A DNA stretch of 64,000 nt from Myxococcota bacterium (GCA_040386535.1 JAZKFH010000010.1:40799-104798), one strand, 5' to 3'; shown: positions 39,841 through 51,608, numbered from the stretch's first letter. A program made the numbers and translations. Notes: generated by a model not told the origin, from the sequence alone.

Positions 39841-41624
39841 TGCAAGCCCTCGTCCTCCTCGCGGGGCTGCTCCAGTCCGCGTCCGCCGCCGCCCCCGCCG
39901 TCCCGGCGCGCGAGATCCCTCCGGGCGTGCTCGTCGAGCTCCAGCTCCTCGAGAACCGCTTCGAGCTGGCCCTCGCCGCCGATTGTCCTGACGGGCTCTG
40001 TTATTCGAATGGCTGCGTCTGGCTCGATCATGCCGTCGCCGATCAGCCGCGATCCAGCTCGATGCCCGGGCTCGGCGCGGAGGCGGGGCCCAGCGCGGTC
40101 TCCGGTCAGCAATACCTCACCCGGGCGCAGTGCTCGTTCGCGCACGAGGCGACGCTGGAGAGCGCCAACGCCCAGGTGCTGGTGCGCCGGCTCCAGACCC
40201 GGCTCACCCAGGGGTGGACCGTCGTGGCCGTGGATCACGCGGTGCTCCAGCCGCTGCTGCCGCCGACGCCCGTCGAGCCCGAGCTCGAGGAGGTGCCGGA
40301 GGTCGTGCCGCCCGTGCCGGCAGCGCCAGAGGTCTGGACCCTGGCGGACGCGGGGCGCGAGCTGTGGACCGCCCTGCTCCCCCACTTCTTCTGGATGATC
40401 GGCGCGGTGCTCGCCACCGTCGCCGCGACCACGTTGATCTGGGCGTGGCGCCGAGTCGGGCGGGCCTCGGTCGAGGAGCAGGCGCTCCTGGCCCAGCTGT
40501 CCCAGCCCGAGCCCGTCGTCGTGGCAGAGGCGCCAGCGGTCGAGGAGGGCGCGCCTTCCGAGGCCGACCAGACCTTCGTGGCGGCGCAAGCGGCGAGCTG
40601 GAAGGCCACGCTCGAAGCCATGGACCCCGAGCACCCGGACCCCGAGCTCCAGGCGCTCGTCCGCGAGCGGCTCCGCGCGGGTGACCTTCGGCTCCTCGCC
40701 AAGGCGGTGCTCCGCTTCCCCGACCACTTCCCCGCCATCTTCCCGCACGACGGCGAGACCGCCACGGCCAAGCTCGAGCTCGCCGAGCTCCTTCAGACCG
40801 TGCGTGACGACGCCCTGCCCGGGGATCTCGAGTTCTTCACCTCGCTGCAGCGCCACGCCCTCGCCGCGACCCTCTCGTCCCAGCCAGACGCCCGCATCGT
40901 GCGCAGCCTGCGCGAGGACTTCGGCGCCGCCGGCCTCGTAGACCTCATCGGGCAGCTGCCCGCGCGCATCGGCGCCCTGCTGTTCGCCCTCTCCCCCGCC
41001 GTGGAGCAGGCCGAGATGGTCCGGCTGCTCCCCGCGACCCGGGCCGCCGAGCTCTGCCGCCAGCTCCTCCGCTCCAACCGGATGGATCCCAACGAGACCC
41101 GCGCGGTCTTCGAGGTGCTCCGCGGGGCGAAGGAGTCGGCCGCGCTCACGACGCTGCCCCCGGGCGAGATCACCGATCGGGGCGTCACCTTCGACGCCGC
41201 GGGCGCGCTCGCCGCGCTGCTGCCGAGCCTGGCCCCGCACGTCCGCGCCGCCATCTTCGACGACGCGCTCCTCCGCACGCACGGGAACCTCCCCGCCTGG
41301 ACCCGCGGCATCCTCACCCCCGACATGCTCTTCGCGCTGCAGCCCGAGTCCCGCGCGGATCTGTTGCTCGAGGTCGACGCCGAGCCGCTCGCGGCGTGGT
41401 TCTCGCTGGTCGACGCGGACATGCGGACGCGCCTGCTCGCCGGCATGCCCGACTCCTTGCGCGCCACGATCCAGGCGCCCAGCGGCTTCCCCTCGCGCGA
41501 GCGTCAGCTTTTCCTGGCGGGCCGCGGCCGGCGGGATCTCGCCCGCAGCTTCCAGCGTCAGCTCTCCCGCGCCCGGATCCCCTTCGAGCGCGCGCTCCGT
41601 CCCGACGACGAGGCGCAGGCGTGA
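39840..41624 (+). CDS. Motor-operon gene 8: single-pass membrane protein with a Cys-containing periplasmic domain and a FliG-like cytoplasmic region
   Basis: TGATG overlap with motB. Signal peptide, CPDGLCYSNGC domain, Pro-rich linker, TM FFWMIGAVLATVAATTLIWAWRR. The helical tail ILTPDMLFALQPESRADLLLEVDAEPLAAWFSLVDADMRTRLLAGMPDSLRATI resembles the FliG C-domain (by eye). Confidence 0.65.
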   Translation: MQALVLLAGLLQSASAAAPAVPAREIPPGVLVELQLLENRFELALAADCPDGLCYSNGCVWLDHAVADQPRSSSMPGLGAEAGPSAVSGQQYLTRAQCSFAHEATLESANAQVLVRRLQTRLTQGWTVVAVDHAVLQPLLPPTPVEPELEEVPEVVPPVPAAPEVWTLADAGRELWTALLPHFFWMIGAVLATVAATTLIWAWRRVGRASVEEQALLAQLSQPEPVVVAEAPAVEEGAPSEADQTFVAAQAASWKATLEAMDPEHPDPELQALVRERLRAGDLRLLAKAVLRFPDHFPAIFPHDGETATAKLELAELLQTVRDDALPGDLEFFTSLQRHALAATLSSQPDARIVRSLREDFGAAGLVDLIGQLPARIGALLFALSPAVEQAEMVRLLPATRAAELCRQLLRSNRMDPNETRAVFEVLRGAKESAALTTLPPGEITDRGVTFDAAGALAALLPSLAPHVRAAIFDDALLRTHGNLPAWTRGILTPDMLFALQPESRADLLLEVDAEPLAAWFSLVDADMRTRLLAGMPDSLRATIQAPSGFPSRERQLFLAGRGRRDLARSFQRQLSRARIPFERALRPDDEAQA

Positions 41625-43726
41625 GGCTGGGGGCCAACAGCGGGATGCCGAGCGCGCGCCGCGCTGCTGTCGCCACCGTGTTCGCGCTGGCGGCCTCCCT
41701 GACCGCCTCGGGGTGCAGCAAGGTCCCCATCTACAACGTCGCGGCGGGCTTCGTCCTGGCCGATGTCTCGTGGTTCGCCGAGGAGGAGACCCTCTTCGCC
41801 TTCTACGAGGTCACCGCCGAGCAGGGCCTGGGCGACCCGAGCGTCATCGAGATCACGTACGCGACGGACGACGAGCGCGTGGACTGGACGCCGCTCACCG
41901 AGCTCCCGGCCGTCCACATCCACGAGCCGGTCGACTGCGGCACCACGAGCCTGTGCGGCAGCTACAGCCTGCACGTGGAGAAGGAGCCCCGCGAGGTCGC
42001 GCTGCGGCTGCGCTACCACCGCGACGGCGAGATGGCGCTCGGCGCGGACACGGTGTTCAACGTGATCGGCGCCGGCGATCCGTGGACCAACCGGAGCTAC
42101 CTCGTCTACGGCGTGTTCGACGCGACCAACCAGCGGGTGCAGTGGCGCGGGCGACACCGCTTCCCGACGCTGCGCAACGAGCAGGCTTCGGAGCTGGGGC
42201 TGCGCCGCTCGCTCGTCGTCACCGACCCGACGTACGGCTCGGATCTCCTCGTCTCGCCCGCCAACCCCTACGGCTACGGCGCGGACTGCCCGGGCTCCTT
42301 CATGCCGGCGGGGCTCTCCGAGGTGGAGACCGTGGAGCGCGCGGTGTTCGCCCACGAGGATCTGCCGCTGGCCGCGTCGAACGCCTCGGCCGTGTGTGCC
42401 CAGGCCACGGTGACCGACGCCACGGGCACGTTCACCACGGGCGCGATCGCGCAGAAGAACCCCGAGGTGCGCCCGGCCTTTCCGGAGCTGCGGAGCCCGA
42501 TCCACGACGCCACGGTCCTGCCGTTCTTCCTCGAACCCTGTGACCGGGTGATCTCCGCCGACCACGAGGAGATGCAGCGGCAACGCCTCCAGATCGGCAG
42601 CCTGCGCTCGTACTGTACCGACGACTGGGACTCGCCCGGCTTCGCGGAAGGGCTGGCGGCGGCGTTCAGCGACGCGGTCGAGGCCGCGCGGCCCGCCGGC
42701 AACGACATGCTCCTCGTGATCGGCCTCCACCAGGACGAGGAGGGCGTCGCCGCCGTGCTGGAAGAGGCCCTCGCCCTGGTCGTCCCCGAGGAGCGCCTCC
42801 AGCCCTCGCCCCGGCTCGCCGGCGCCTTCGTGCTCGACAGCGACGGGGACGGGATGACGAGCGCGGCGCTCGAGGCCTCGACGTTGTGGTGCCCCACCAC
42901 CTTGTCCCCCACCGACACGGACCTCCCGTCCGCCGCGAACATGACGTGCGCGATCGCGCCGGACAACCCCGATCTCGTGCTCGGCCCCTTCAGCTTCGGC
43001 GCCCTGCCCATCTTGACGTCGCGGGCGCACTACCTCGAATTCATCGACACCTACTCCAAGGCGCAGGCGGGCGAGGTCACGTCGCTGAGCTTCCGCACCC
43101 CGGAGTTCGCCACCACGGCGGACCACGTCGATGTCGGCGACTTTGGCGTCGCGACGTTCCTGAACGACGAGCTGGTCAGCGCCGAGCCCGACGACGCGTT
43201 CTCGCACTGTGTCACGGACGAGCCGTACCTCTTCGTGTTCCGGTCGGAGATCATGCAGAGCGAGGCCTTCGCCGGGCTGCTCGCGCGCAACTGCGCGGAC
43301 GGCACGTTCTCCGCGGAGCTCTGCGCCTACGGCGGGCTCGGCCTGTTGCCCATCGAGCTCCTGCCCGATTGGCACCAGTTCTTCGCCGAGACCAGCTACG
43401 AGCTCGGGTTGTTCTGGGACTTCCCCTTCCTGCTCCACCTGGAGTACGAGACCCAGGCGGCCGGCTCGGTGACCGCCTTCGGCCTGTCCGTCCCGTTCGG
43501 CTTCGCCGGGACCGGGGAGTCCTACCTGGCCAGCGCGATGTGGACGACAGACAGCTTCCCGCTGGAGGACGCGCTCGCCCAGTGCACCCGCTTCTGCGAC
43601 CACCCCACGTTCGACTCGGCCGGCGTGTACCAGGTCTCCGCCCTGTTCCGGAGCTCCTACGCGCACAGCTGCTACCTCCCGGAGTACCCCGCGCTCGGAG
43701 ACTCGGGGTTCCCCCTTGATCCCTAG
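41621..43726 (+). CDS. Motor-operon gene 9: large acidic Cys-rich lipoprotein
   Basis: GTGA overlap (alternative ATG at 41645). Lipobox LTASG|C and many Cys pairs. Confidence 0.75.
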   Translation: MRLGANSGMPSARRAAVATVFALAASLTASGCSKVPIYNVAAGFVLADVSWFAEEETLFAFYEVTAEQGLGDPSVIEITYATDDERVDWTPLTELPAVHIHEPVDCGTTSLCGSYSLHVEKEPREVALRLRYHRDGEMALGADTVFNVIGAGDPWTNRSYLVYGVFDATNQRVQWRGRHRFPTLRNEQASELGLRRSLVVTDPTYGSDLLVSPANPYGYGADCPGSFMPAGLSEVETVERAVFAHEDLPLAASNASAVCAQATVTDATGTFTTGAIAQKNPEVRPAFPELRSPIHDATVLPFFLEPCDRVISADHEEMQRQRLQIGSLRSYCTDDWDSPGFAEGLAAAFSDAVEAARPAGNDMLLVIGLHQDEEGVAAVLEEALALVVPEERLQPSPRLAGAFVLDSDGDGMTSAALEASTLWCPTTLSPTDTDLPSAANMTCAIAPDNPDLVLGPFSFGALPILTSRAHYLEFIDTYSKAQAGEVTSLSFRTPEFATTADHVDVGDFGVATFLNDELVSAEPDDAFSHCVTDEPYLFVFRSEIMQSEAFAGLLARNCADGTFSAELCAYGGLGLLPIELLPDWHQFFAETSYELGLFWDFPFLLHLEYETQAAGSVTAFGLSVPFGFAGTGESYLASAMWTTDSFPLEDALAQCTRFCDHPTFDSAGVYQVSALFRSSYAHSCYLPEYPALGDSGFPLDP

Positions 43727-44519
43727 CGCATTCCTCTGGCTCGTCGTGACGCACGTGTCACCGGCCCTCGCTGCCGAGGCCGGTAGCGAGGCCGCGCCCG
43801 ACGGCGCCGTCGACGATCCGCTCGCCCGCCATCGTGTGCCCTTCCCCGAGCTCGCGGAGCGGACGATCGGCACCGCGTCGCAGCCCGTGGAGTTCAACTG
43901 GCGGCGGTCCAAGGCCCAGGGGGCGGTCACCGGGTCCCAGCTGTTCGAGCTGAACAACTTCAACAGCGTCCGCGTGGGCGGGCTGGCCCGCTTTCCCACG
44001 GGGAACCTCATCGCCGAGCTCGGCGCCAGCTACGTCCGCACCTGGGACACGCCCGCCAGCGAGATCCTCGCGCTCACGCCGTACCGCCAGCCGGGGCGCC
44101 CCGATCGGATGGAGATCGACATCAACGTCGGGATCCCGCTCGCCGAGGGCGTCGTGACCTTCGCCCCGCGGTTCCTGCCGCCCGTGCAGCTGGTCCTCAA
44201 CGGCTACGTCGGCTTCCGGTACCTGCTCTACCCCGACGGGTTCGCCGGCATGAAGGCCGGAAAGGTGTTCACCGCGGTCCTCTCCCCTTCCCTCACGCAG
44301 CCGGAAATCGACAACCTCGACGATCGCCGCCTCGACGGCATGCAGGTCGACTCGGGGCGCTACGGGCTGATGATCGGCCTGGGGAACGATCTCTACTTCA
44401 AGCAGGGCTTCTTCCTCTCCCCCCGGGTGTCGTTCGCGCTCCCCATCCTGGCGCCCGTCAGCGGGACCGATCTGCTCCTCTGGGGGGACTTCTCCCTCGC
44501 CATCGGCGTGGCCCGCTGA
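43716..44519 (+). CDS. Motor-operon gene 10: putative outer-membrane beta-barrel protein
   Basis: Signal ...SPALA|A. Amphipathic strands (AELGASYV, EIDINVGIP, LNGYVGFRY, GLMIGLGNDLYF, GDFSLAIGVA). Confidence 0.65.
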   Translation: MIPSAFLWLVVTHVSPALAAEAGSEAAPDGAVDDPLARHRVPFPELAERTIGTASQPVEFNWRRSKAQGAVTGSQLFELNNFNSVRVGGLARFPTGNLIAELGASYVRTWDTPASEILALTPYRQPGRPDRMEIDINVGIPLAEGVVTFAPRFLPPVQLVLNGYVGFRYLLYPDGFAGMKAGKVFTAVLSPSLTQPEIDNLDDRRLDGMQVDSGRYGLMIGLGNDLYFKQGFFLSPRVSFALPILAPVSGTDLLLWGDFSLAIGVAR

Positions 44520-46456
44520 TGGTGTGGCTCGCGCTCCTCGGTCTGTTCGCCGGAACCACGGCCGCCGAGCCCGCGCCGCAGCCCTTGCCGGAGCCGTCCG
44601 GAGAGACGGTGGTCTACTACAACGCCCGGATGGCCCTGCGCGAAGGCCACGCGCTCGAGGCCGTCGAGCTCTGGTTCCTGCGGAACGCGCTGGAGAATCA
44701 GAGCGGCCGGGTCTCTCCACACGACGCGGACTTCCGCTCCGTGACCTGGGCCGCGCTCGGCGAACTGGGCCTCTGCCAGGACGGCTACGCCAAGGACGTG
44801 GACGGCGCGGGCTTGTGGCCGCTCGCGTTGCACAACCAGGTGCTGCGGAACCTCGGGCGGGGCAAGCCCCCACGCCCGCAGCGGCCCTTCCTCGCCTTCG
44901 AGGTGGATCGCCAGCAGCGCTTCGTTTCCATCACCGATGTGCTCGGCTCCAAGGAGCTGGACACGCTGAAGCTGTCGCGAAGCCGATGCACACGCCCGTG
45001 GCTGGCGAAGCTCGCGGCGGGCGAGTCCGTGATCGCGAAGCTCTCCGATCGGCAGGTCGCGACGCGCCTGCTGCGGCACCTCCTGACGACGGCGCGGACC
45101 ACGCTGGCCGAGGGGCGTGTTCGTGGCCTCGCCGTGCTCGACGCGCGGCTGTTCGACATCGATCTGCAGCTGACCGCGCTGGCCGCCCGGGAGGCGCGGG
45201 ACGACGCCCGCAAGGCGACGCGCCGCGGCCGGGAGCTGGGCCTGTCGCGCGCGTCGGCCACGGCGATGCTCGCGGAGGCGCCGACGACCACGCTGGACCC
45301 GGACTCCGCGGCCGCGGCCGTGCTGCGCGCGTGTGTGGCCTGGCCGACCTCGGAGTGGATGGCGCTCTCCCCTGACCGCCGGCTCTACCTCTTCACGCGC
45401 GCGCGCACCGACGGAGCCTCTCCGGAGGCGTCGGCGGAGGCCTTCGAGAAGCTGGGTCTCGGGATCGTAGACGCGCTGATCGCCGCCGGTGAGGGCGGGG
45501 CGGCCGAGGCGTGGATCGGCGCGGTCGCCGCCAGCGACGATCCGGCCAGGCGGCGCGTGGCCTGGGACGGCGCCCGAGGACAGGCCCTGCTGGCGCTCGA
45601 CAGCGACGCCGGCTTTCGCGAGCGCGGCGTGATCGCGCTCCACCGCGGGGTCGACCAGCTCGCGCGGGGGGAGCTGATGGACGCGCTGCGCTCGCTCGCC
45701 TTCGCCCGGCAGCACGCCGACGAGTCCCGGACCGGGGGTGACCTCGCGGGCCTGAGCCTGCGCTGGTTGTCCTACGTCGCGGGGCAATTCGCCCTGAGCT
45801 CCGAGCTCCTCGTCACCCTGCAGGAGCTGGTGCCGCGCCAGGACTACGCCGTCATCCTCGAAGATCTCCTGTGGAGCGCGGCCTTCCACGCCGACCGGCG
45901 CTCGTTCGAGGACGGTCTCGCCAACCAGGTGGGGCGCGGCGCGCTCGAACGGCGGCTCGCGCTCCTGGCCCCGCTGGCCGCTGGCGATCTACGCCGGTTC
46001 TCCGCCGGTATTCGGGCCGGCCTCACCGAGTCGCCGGGCGAGACGCTGCGGTTCCTCGACCTGTTCGTGCAGCGCCTCGAGCTCGAAGACGCGGGCGTAC
46101 GTGCCGCGCAGCTCCCGACCCTCGTCGCCATCCGGCAGCTCCTCGCGCCCCTCGAGACGGGCGAGGGAGGCCGACAGGGCCGGACCGCCGCGCTCCTGAT
46201 GGAGCGGACCCTGGCCATCGCCGGCGGCGTCGGCGGCCTGCCCGAGTCCAGCGAGCGCGACCGGGCGCGGTCGTTGGCGCCCACCGGCGAGGTCTTCGCG
46301 GGCAGCATCCGCCTCGCCCCCGCGGATCCCCTCCCCTGGCCCTTCCGCGCGCCCGAGCCCAGCGCCCCGTCGGTGTTCGTGCCGATCGAGCTCCGACCGC
46401 TGGAGTGGCGCGACGCCGCGGGCGAGCTGGTGTTCGGCTGGAGCATCCGGGGGTGA
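44519..46456 (+). CDS. Motor-operon gene 11: secreted, largely alpha-helical protein
   Basis: TGATG overlap. Signal peptide, Leu/Ala-rich helical repeats, and a C-terminal beta-hairpin ending ELVFGWSIRG. Confidence 0.72.
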   Translation: MVWLALLGLFAGTTAAEPAPQPLPEPSGETVVYYNARMALREGHALEAVELWFLRNALENQSGRVSPHDADFRSVTWAALGELGLCQDGYAKDVDGAGLWPLALHNQVLRNLGRGKPPRPQRPFLAFEVDRQQRFVSITDVLGSKELDTLKLSRSRCTRPWLAKLAAGESVIAKLSDRQVATRLLRHLLTTARTTLAEGRVRGLAVLDARLFDIDLQLTALAAREARDDARKATRRGRELGLSRASATAMLAEAPTTTLDPDSAAAAVLRACVAWPTSEWMALSPDRRLYLFTRARTDGASPEASAEAFEKLGLGIVDALIAAGEGGAAEAWIGAVAASDDPARRRVAWDGARGQALLALDSDAGFRERGVIALHRGVDQLARGELMDALRSLAFARQHADESRTGGDLAGLSLRWLSYVAGQFALSSELLVTLQELVPRQDYAVILEDLLWSAAFHADRRSFEDGLANQVGRGALERRLALLAPLAAGDLRRFSAGIRAGLTESPGETLRFLDLFVQRLELEDAGVRAAQLPTLVAIRQLLAPLETGEGGRQGRTAALLMERTLAIAGGVGGLPESSERDRARSLAPTGEVFAGSIRLAPADPLPWPFRAPEPSAPSVFVPIELRPLEWRDAAGELVFGWSIRG

Positions 46457-47037
46457 AGACGACTCGTTCCCAGGCGCTCCTCGCGCGGCGGCAGGAGCTT
46501 CGCGCGAAGATCGCCCGGAGCCGGCGGTCCGTCGCGACCGACAAGCGTGATCGACCGCTGCGGTGGCCGCTCCTCCTGCTTCTCCTGCTCCTCCTCCTCC
46601 TGGTGTGCACCCGCCCGCCGCCCCCGCCCGAGGCCGCGCCCCTCGCCGCCCCCGCGGCCGCCACGCCCGCACCCGCCGCGCCCGCGCTGCCGACCGGCCG
46701 GGTCGCACGGAGGGACCGCCCCCGCTTCGAGAGCCCGGCCCCCGAGCCCTTGCCCTGGCTCTCCTCCTTCCGCCTCCAGGTGGCCGCGCGCAGCCCACGC
46801 CTCGCCGAGTGTTTCGCGGGCGCCCCCCGCCCCGGCGCGCTCAAGTGGACCGCCGCGGTCGAGCCGCTTCACGGGCGCGTCTCGCAGCACACGGTCGAGC
46901 CCACACTCTCCAGCGACGAGCTTAGCGGAACCCAGCGCGCGTGTGTGTTGGCGGTGCTGACGGAGCCGCCCTACCGGCTCGAAGCGGGCAAGTCGCCGTC
47001 CACACCGTCGCGGGTCGGGATGGTGATCGAGTTCTGA
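46453..47037 (+). CDS. Motor-operon gene 12: TonB-like / AgmX-PglI-type energy-transducer-like protein
   Basis: GTGA overlap. Basic cytoplasmic N-terminus, poly-Leu TM, Pro/Ala-rich linker, and a C-domain RLAECF...G.L.W...V....G.V......S.....RACVLAVL with the two-Cys pattern of myxobacterial AgmX/PglI C-terminal domains. Confidence 0.68.
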   Translation: MKTTRSQALLARRQELRAKIARSRRSVATDKRDRPLRWPLLLLLLLLLLLVCTRPPPPPEAAPLAAPAAATPAPAAPALPTGRVARRDRPRFESPAPEPLPWLSSFRLQVAARSPRLAECFAGAPRPGALKWTAAVEPLHGRVSQHTVEPTLSSDELSGTQRACVLAVLTEPPYRLEAGKSPSTPSRVGMVIEF

Positions 47038-47044
47038 GCCTCGT

Positions 47045-47228
47045 CTACCGAGGAGCCGGCCCGCACGTCCGCCGGTCGACACAGTACGGTCGGCAGCTGA
47101 ACGCCACCTCGACCTCGTCCTCCCCACAATTCGGCGTCATGTGCGAGTCGCAGACGATGCCGCCGTCCCACGGTACGGTGCGCCACGCACGGGGCCGCGG
47201 ACGCCACGGCAGCGAGCAAGCTGAGCAT
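47045..47228 (-). pseudogene. Possible small secreted Cys-rich protein broken by a frameshift
   Basis: MLSLLAAVASAAPCVA (RBS GGAGG) continues in the +1 frame as TVPWDGGIVCDSHMTPNCGEDEVEVAFSCRPYCVDRRTCGPAPR*. Confidence 0.4.
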
Positions 47229-47292
47229 CAGCGGACCTCCGGCTCCAAACGGCGCCGCGAACCGTAGCTTACGGGGGGAAACGCGGACGCGC

Positions 47293-49686
<2,394 letters not shown>

Positions 49687-49829
49687 GGTTCGCGATCCTG
49701 TCATCGGGTGCGGGAGTGTCACGCGGCCCGCCGGGGGTGGCAAGGGTCGGCGGGAGGCCGGCTCGACCCCCTCGTTGGACTCCCGGGGCCGGGTGTGGCA
49801 ACTTTCGCGCTCGCCAGGGAGGGCGGCAC

Positions 49830-51608
49830 ATGGGGGAGACGTCGATCGGAGGGAGCGCCGCACGCGCGGCCATCATCGCAGGTTGGCTCTGGGGGATGCT
49901 CGCGAGCGGGTGCGTCCACAACACACGCGTGGAGGCCCCGGTCCAGCCGTGTGCGGCGGGCGACGCGGCGGCCTGCTACCAACGCGGCGCGGAGGTGCGC
50001 GCCGAGGGCCGTGTCACCGAGGCCGACGAGCTCGTGCGGCTCGCGTGCGCCGCCGGCCACACCCCCGCCTGCGGGGAGCTCGGCCGCGCGGCCTACACGG
50101 GGGGCCGGAGCTCCGAGAGCGATCGGCACGCGTTCCCGCTGCTGAAGCTCGCCTGTGAGGGCGAGGATCCCCAGTCGTGCATGCACCTCGGCCTGTCCTA
50201 CGAGTTCGGAGCCGGGGTGACGCAAGACCTGGAGCGCGCCGCGGCCGCCTATACCCGCGGCTGCGACCAGCAAGATGCCGAGTCCTGTGGCTGCCTCGGT
50301 GTGCTCTACCGGGGGGGCTCGGGCGTGGAGATGGATCTCACGCGGTCCTTCGAGCTCATCCGCGGGGCCTGCCGCGCGGTGGACGACATCTCGTGCATGG
50401 AGCTCGGTGTCTCCTACGAGTTCGGCCTCGGGGTGGATGCCGACCTGGTGCGGGCGCGCGAGTTGTACCGCGCCGGTTGTGACGCGGACACGCCGAGCGC
50501 GTGCATCGAGCTGGCGAACTCGCTGGAGCGCCTGCCCGGAGCGGGAGCGGACCCCAACGAGATCCCGGACCTGTTGTTCCAGGCCTGCACAGCCCCCAGC
50601 GCGAAGGGGTGCGTCGAGCTCGGGGCATGGCACGAGCGGCTCGGCCTGGCCTCCTCCGCCCGAGCGGCGATGCGGGCCTACGAACGTGCGTGCACCCTGA
50701 AGTCGGCCGACGGATGTTGGCACCTCGGCCTGCTCGCGGCCGCCCAGCCCGACGCGGAGCCGGCGATCGTGGGGACGGCCTACGAGCGCGCCTGCGACCT
50801 CGGGTCGGCCGTCGGCTGCAACAACGCCGCCGTCCAGTACGACAAGGCGGGCCGTGATGCCGCGGTGGTGGAGGGGCTCATGCAGCGAGCGTGCGACGGG
50901 GGCGACCCCTACGGCTGCCGCAACCTGGCAAACCGGCGGAGGATGCCGGCCGGAGAGGGGGCTCCCGACCTGGCCGGCGCCGTGGTGTTGCTCACCCGCG
51001 GCTGCGAGGAGCTCGACGACGCGCTCTCCTGCGCGGCGCTCGGGGAGGTGCTGATCGAAAGCGACGGCCGCGTACGGGACCTCGTGCGCGGCATCGCGCT
51101 GCTCCGCCAGAGCTGCACCGAGACGGTCCACTGGGGATGCGCCGCCCTGGCAAGGGCGCACGAGGACGGCGTGGGTGTGGACCGCGATCCCGTGGCGGCG
51201 GCCCTCCTGCGCGCGCAATCGTGTCGGGAGCTCGGGTACGACGAGTCGCTGTGCCGGGATGTCCCCTACCGGGCGGAGCGGTTCACCGCCCGGGTCACGC
51301 GCGGCGCGCCGGGGGCGGGTCCGCAGCCGGGTGACACCTGTGAGCTGGTCCTCTCCGGCCTGCACGAGGGCCCCCTCTGCCGCGGCTTCTTCGCCTGCGG
51401 CGGCGTCGGCCTGTACGGCTCGGAGGCCGGCCCCTCCTGGATCGTGTGCGACGTCGACGCGGACGGGCGGCTGGTCCGGATGCTGGACGAACACGAGGGC
51501 GATGGCGATGGAAGGATCGACGTCGACGTCGGCGCGGGGCGCATCCGGCACGAGGCCGACGGGCAGGTCCTGGAGCTCACCATCTCGGGCCGGAAATCCG
51601 GGCCCTGA
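49830..51608 (+). CDS. Sel1-like (Hcp-type Cys-bridged) repeat lipoprotein
   Basis: Lipobox MLASG|C. About 11 repeats of AC......C..LG..Y..G.GV..D. Confidence 0.85.
   Translation: MGETSIGGSAARAAIIAGWLWGMLASGCVHNTRVEAPVQPCAAGDAAACYQRGAEVRAEGRVTEADELVRLACAAGHTPACGELGRAAYTGGRSSESDRHAFPLLKLACEGEDPQSCMHLGLSYEFGAGVTQDLERAAAAYTRGCDQQDAESCGCLGVLYRGGSGVEMDLTRSFELIRGACRAVDDISCMELGVSYEFGLGVDADLVRARELYRAGCDADTPSACIELANSLERLPGAGADPNEIPDLLFQACTAPSAKGCVELGAWHERLGLASSARAAMRAYERACTLKSADGCWHLGLLAAAQPDAEPAIVGTAYERACDLGSAVGCNNAAVQYDKAGRDAAVVEGLMQRACDGGDPYGCRNLANRRRMPAGEGAPDLAGAVVLLTRGCEELDDALSCAALGEVLIESDGRVRDLVRGIALLRQSCTETVHWGCAALARAHEDGVGVDRDPVAAALLRAQSCRELGYDESLCRDVPYRAERFTARVTRGAPGAGPQPGDTCELVLSGLHEGPLCRGFFACGGVGLYGSEAGPSWIVCDVDADGRLVRMLDEHEGDGDGRIDVDVGAGRIRHEADGQVLELTISGRKSGP

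Noticed and set aside
34294..47037. Ordinary flagellar operon, or a Tol-Pal/ExbBD/AglRQS locus
   Set aside because: No recognisable flagellar rod, hook, ring or export genes. The B subunit has an OmpA-like PG-binding domain rather than an ExbD/TolR domain, and there is no TonB-dependent receptor, TolB or Pal.
49830..51608. Sel1 protein as a multiheme cytochrome
   Set aside because: The many Cys follow the C-x7-C Hcp/Sel1 disulfide pattern, with no CxxCH motifs.
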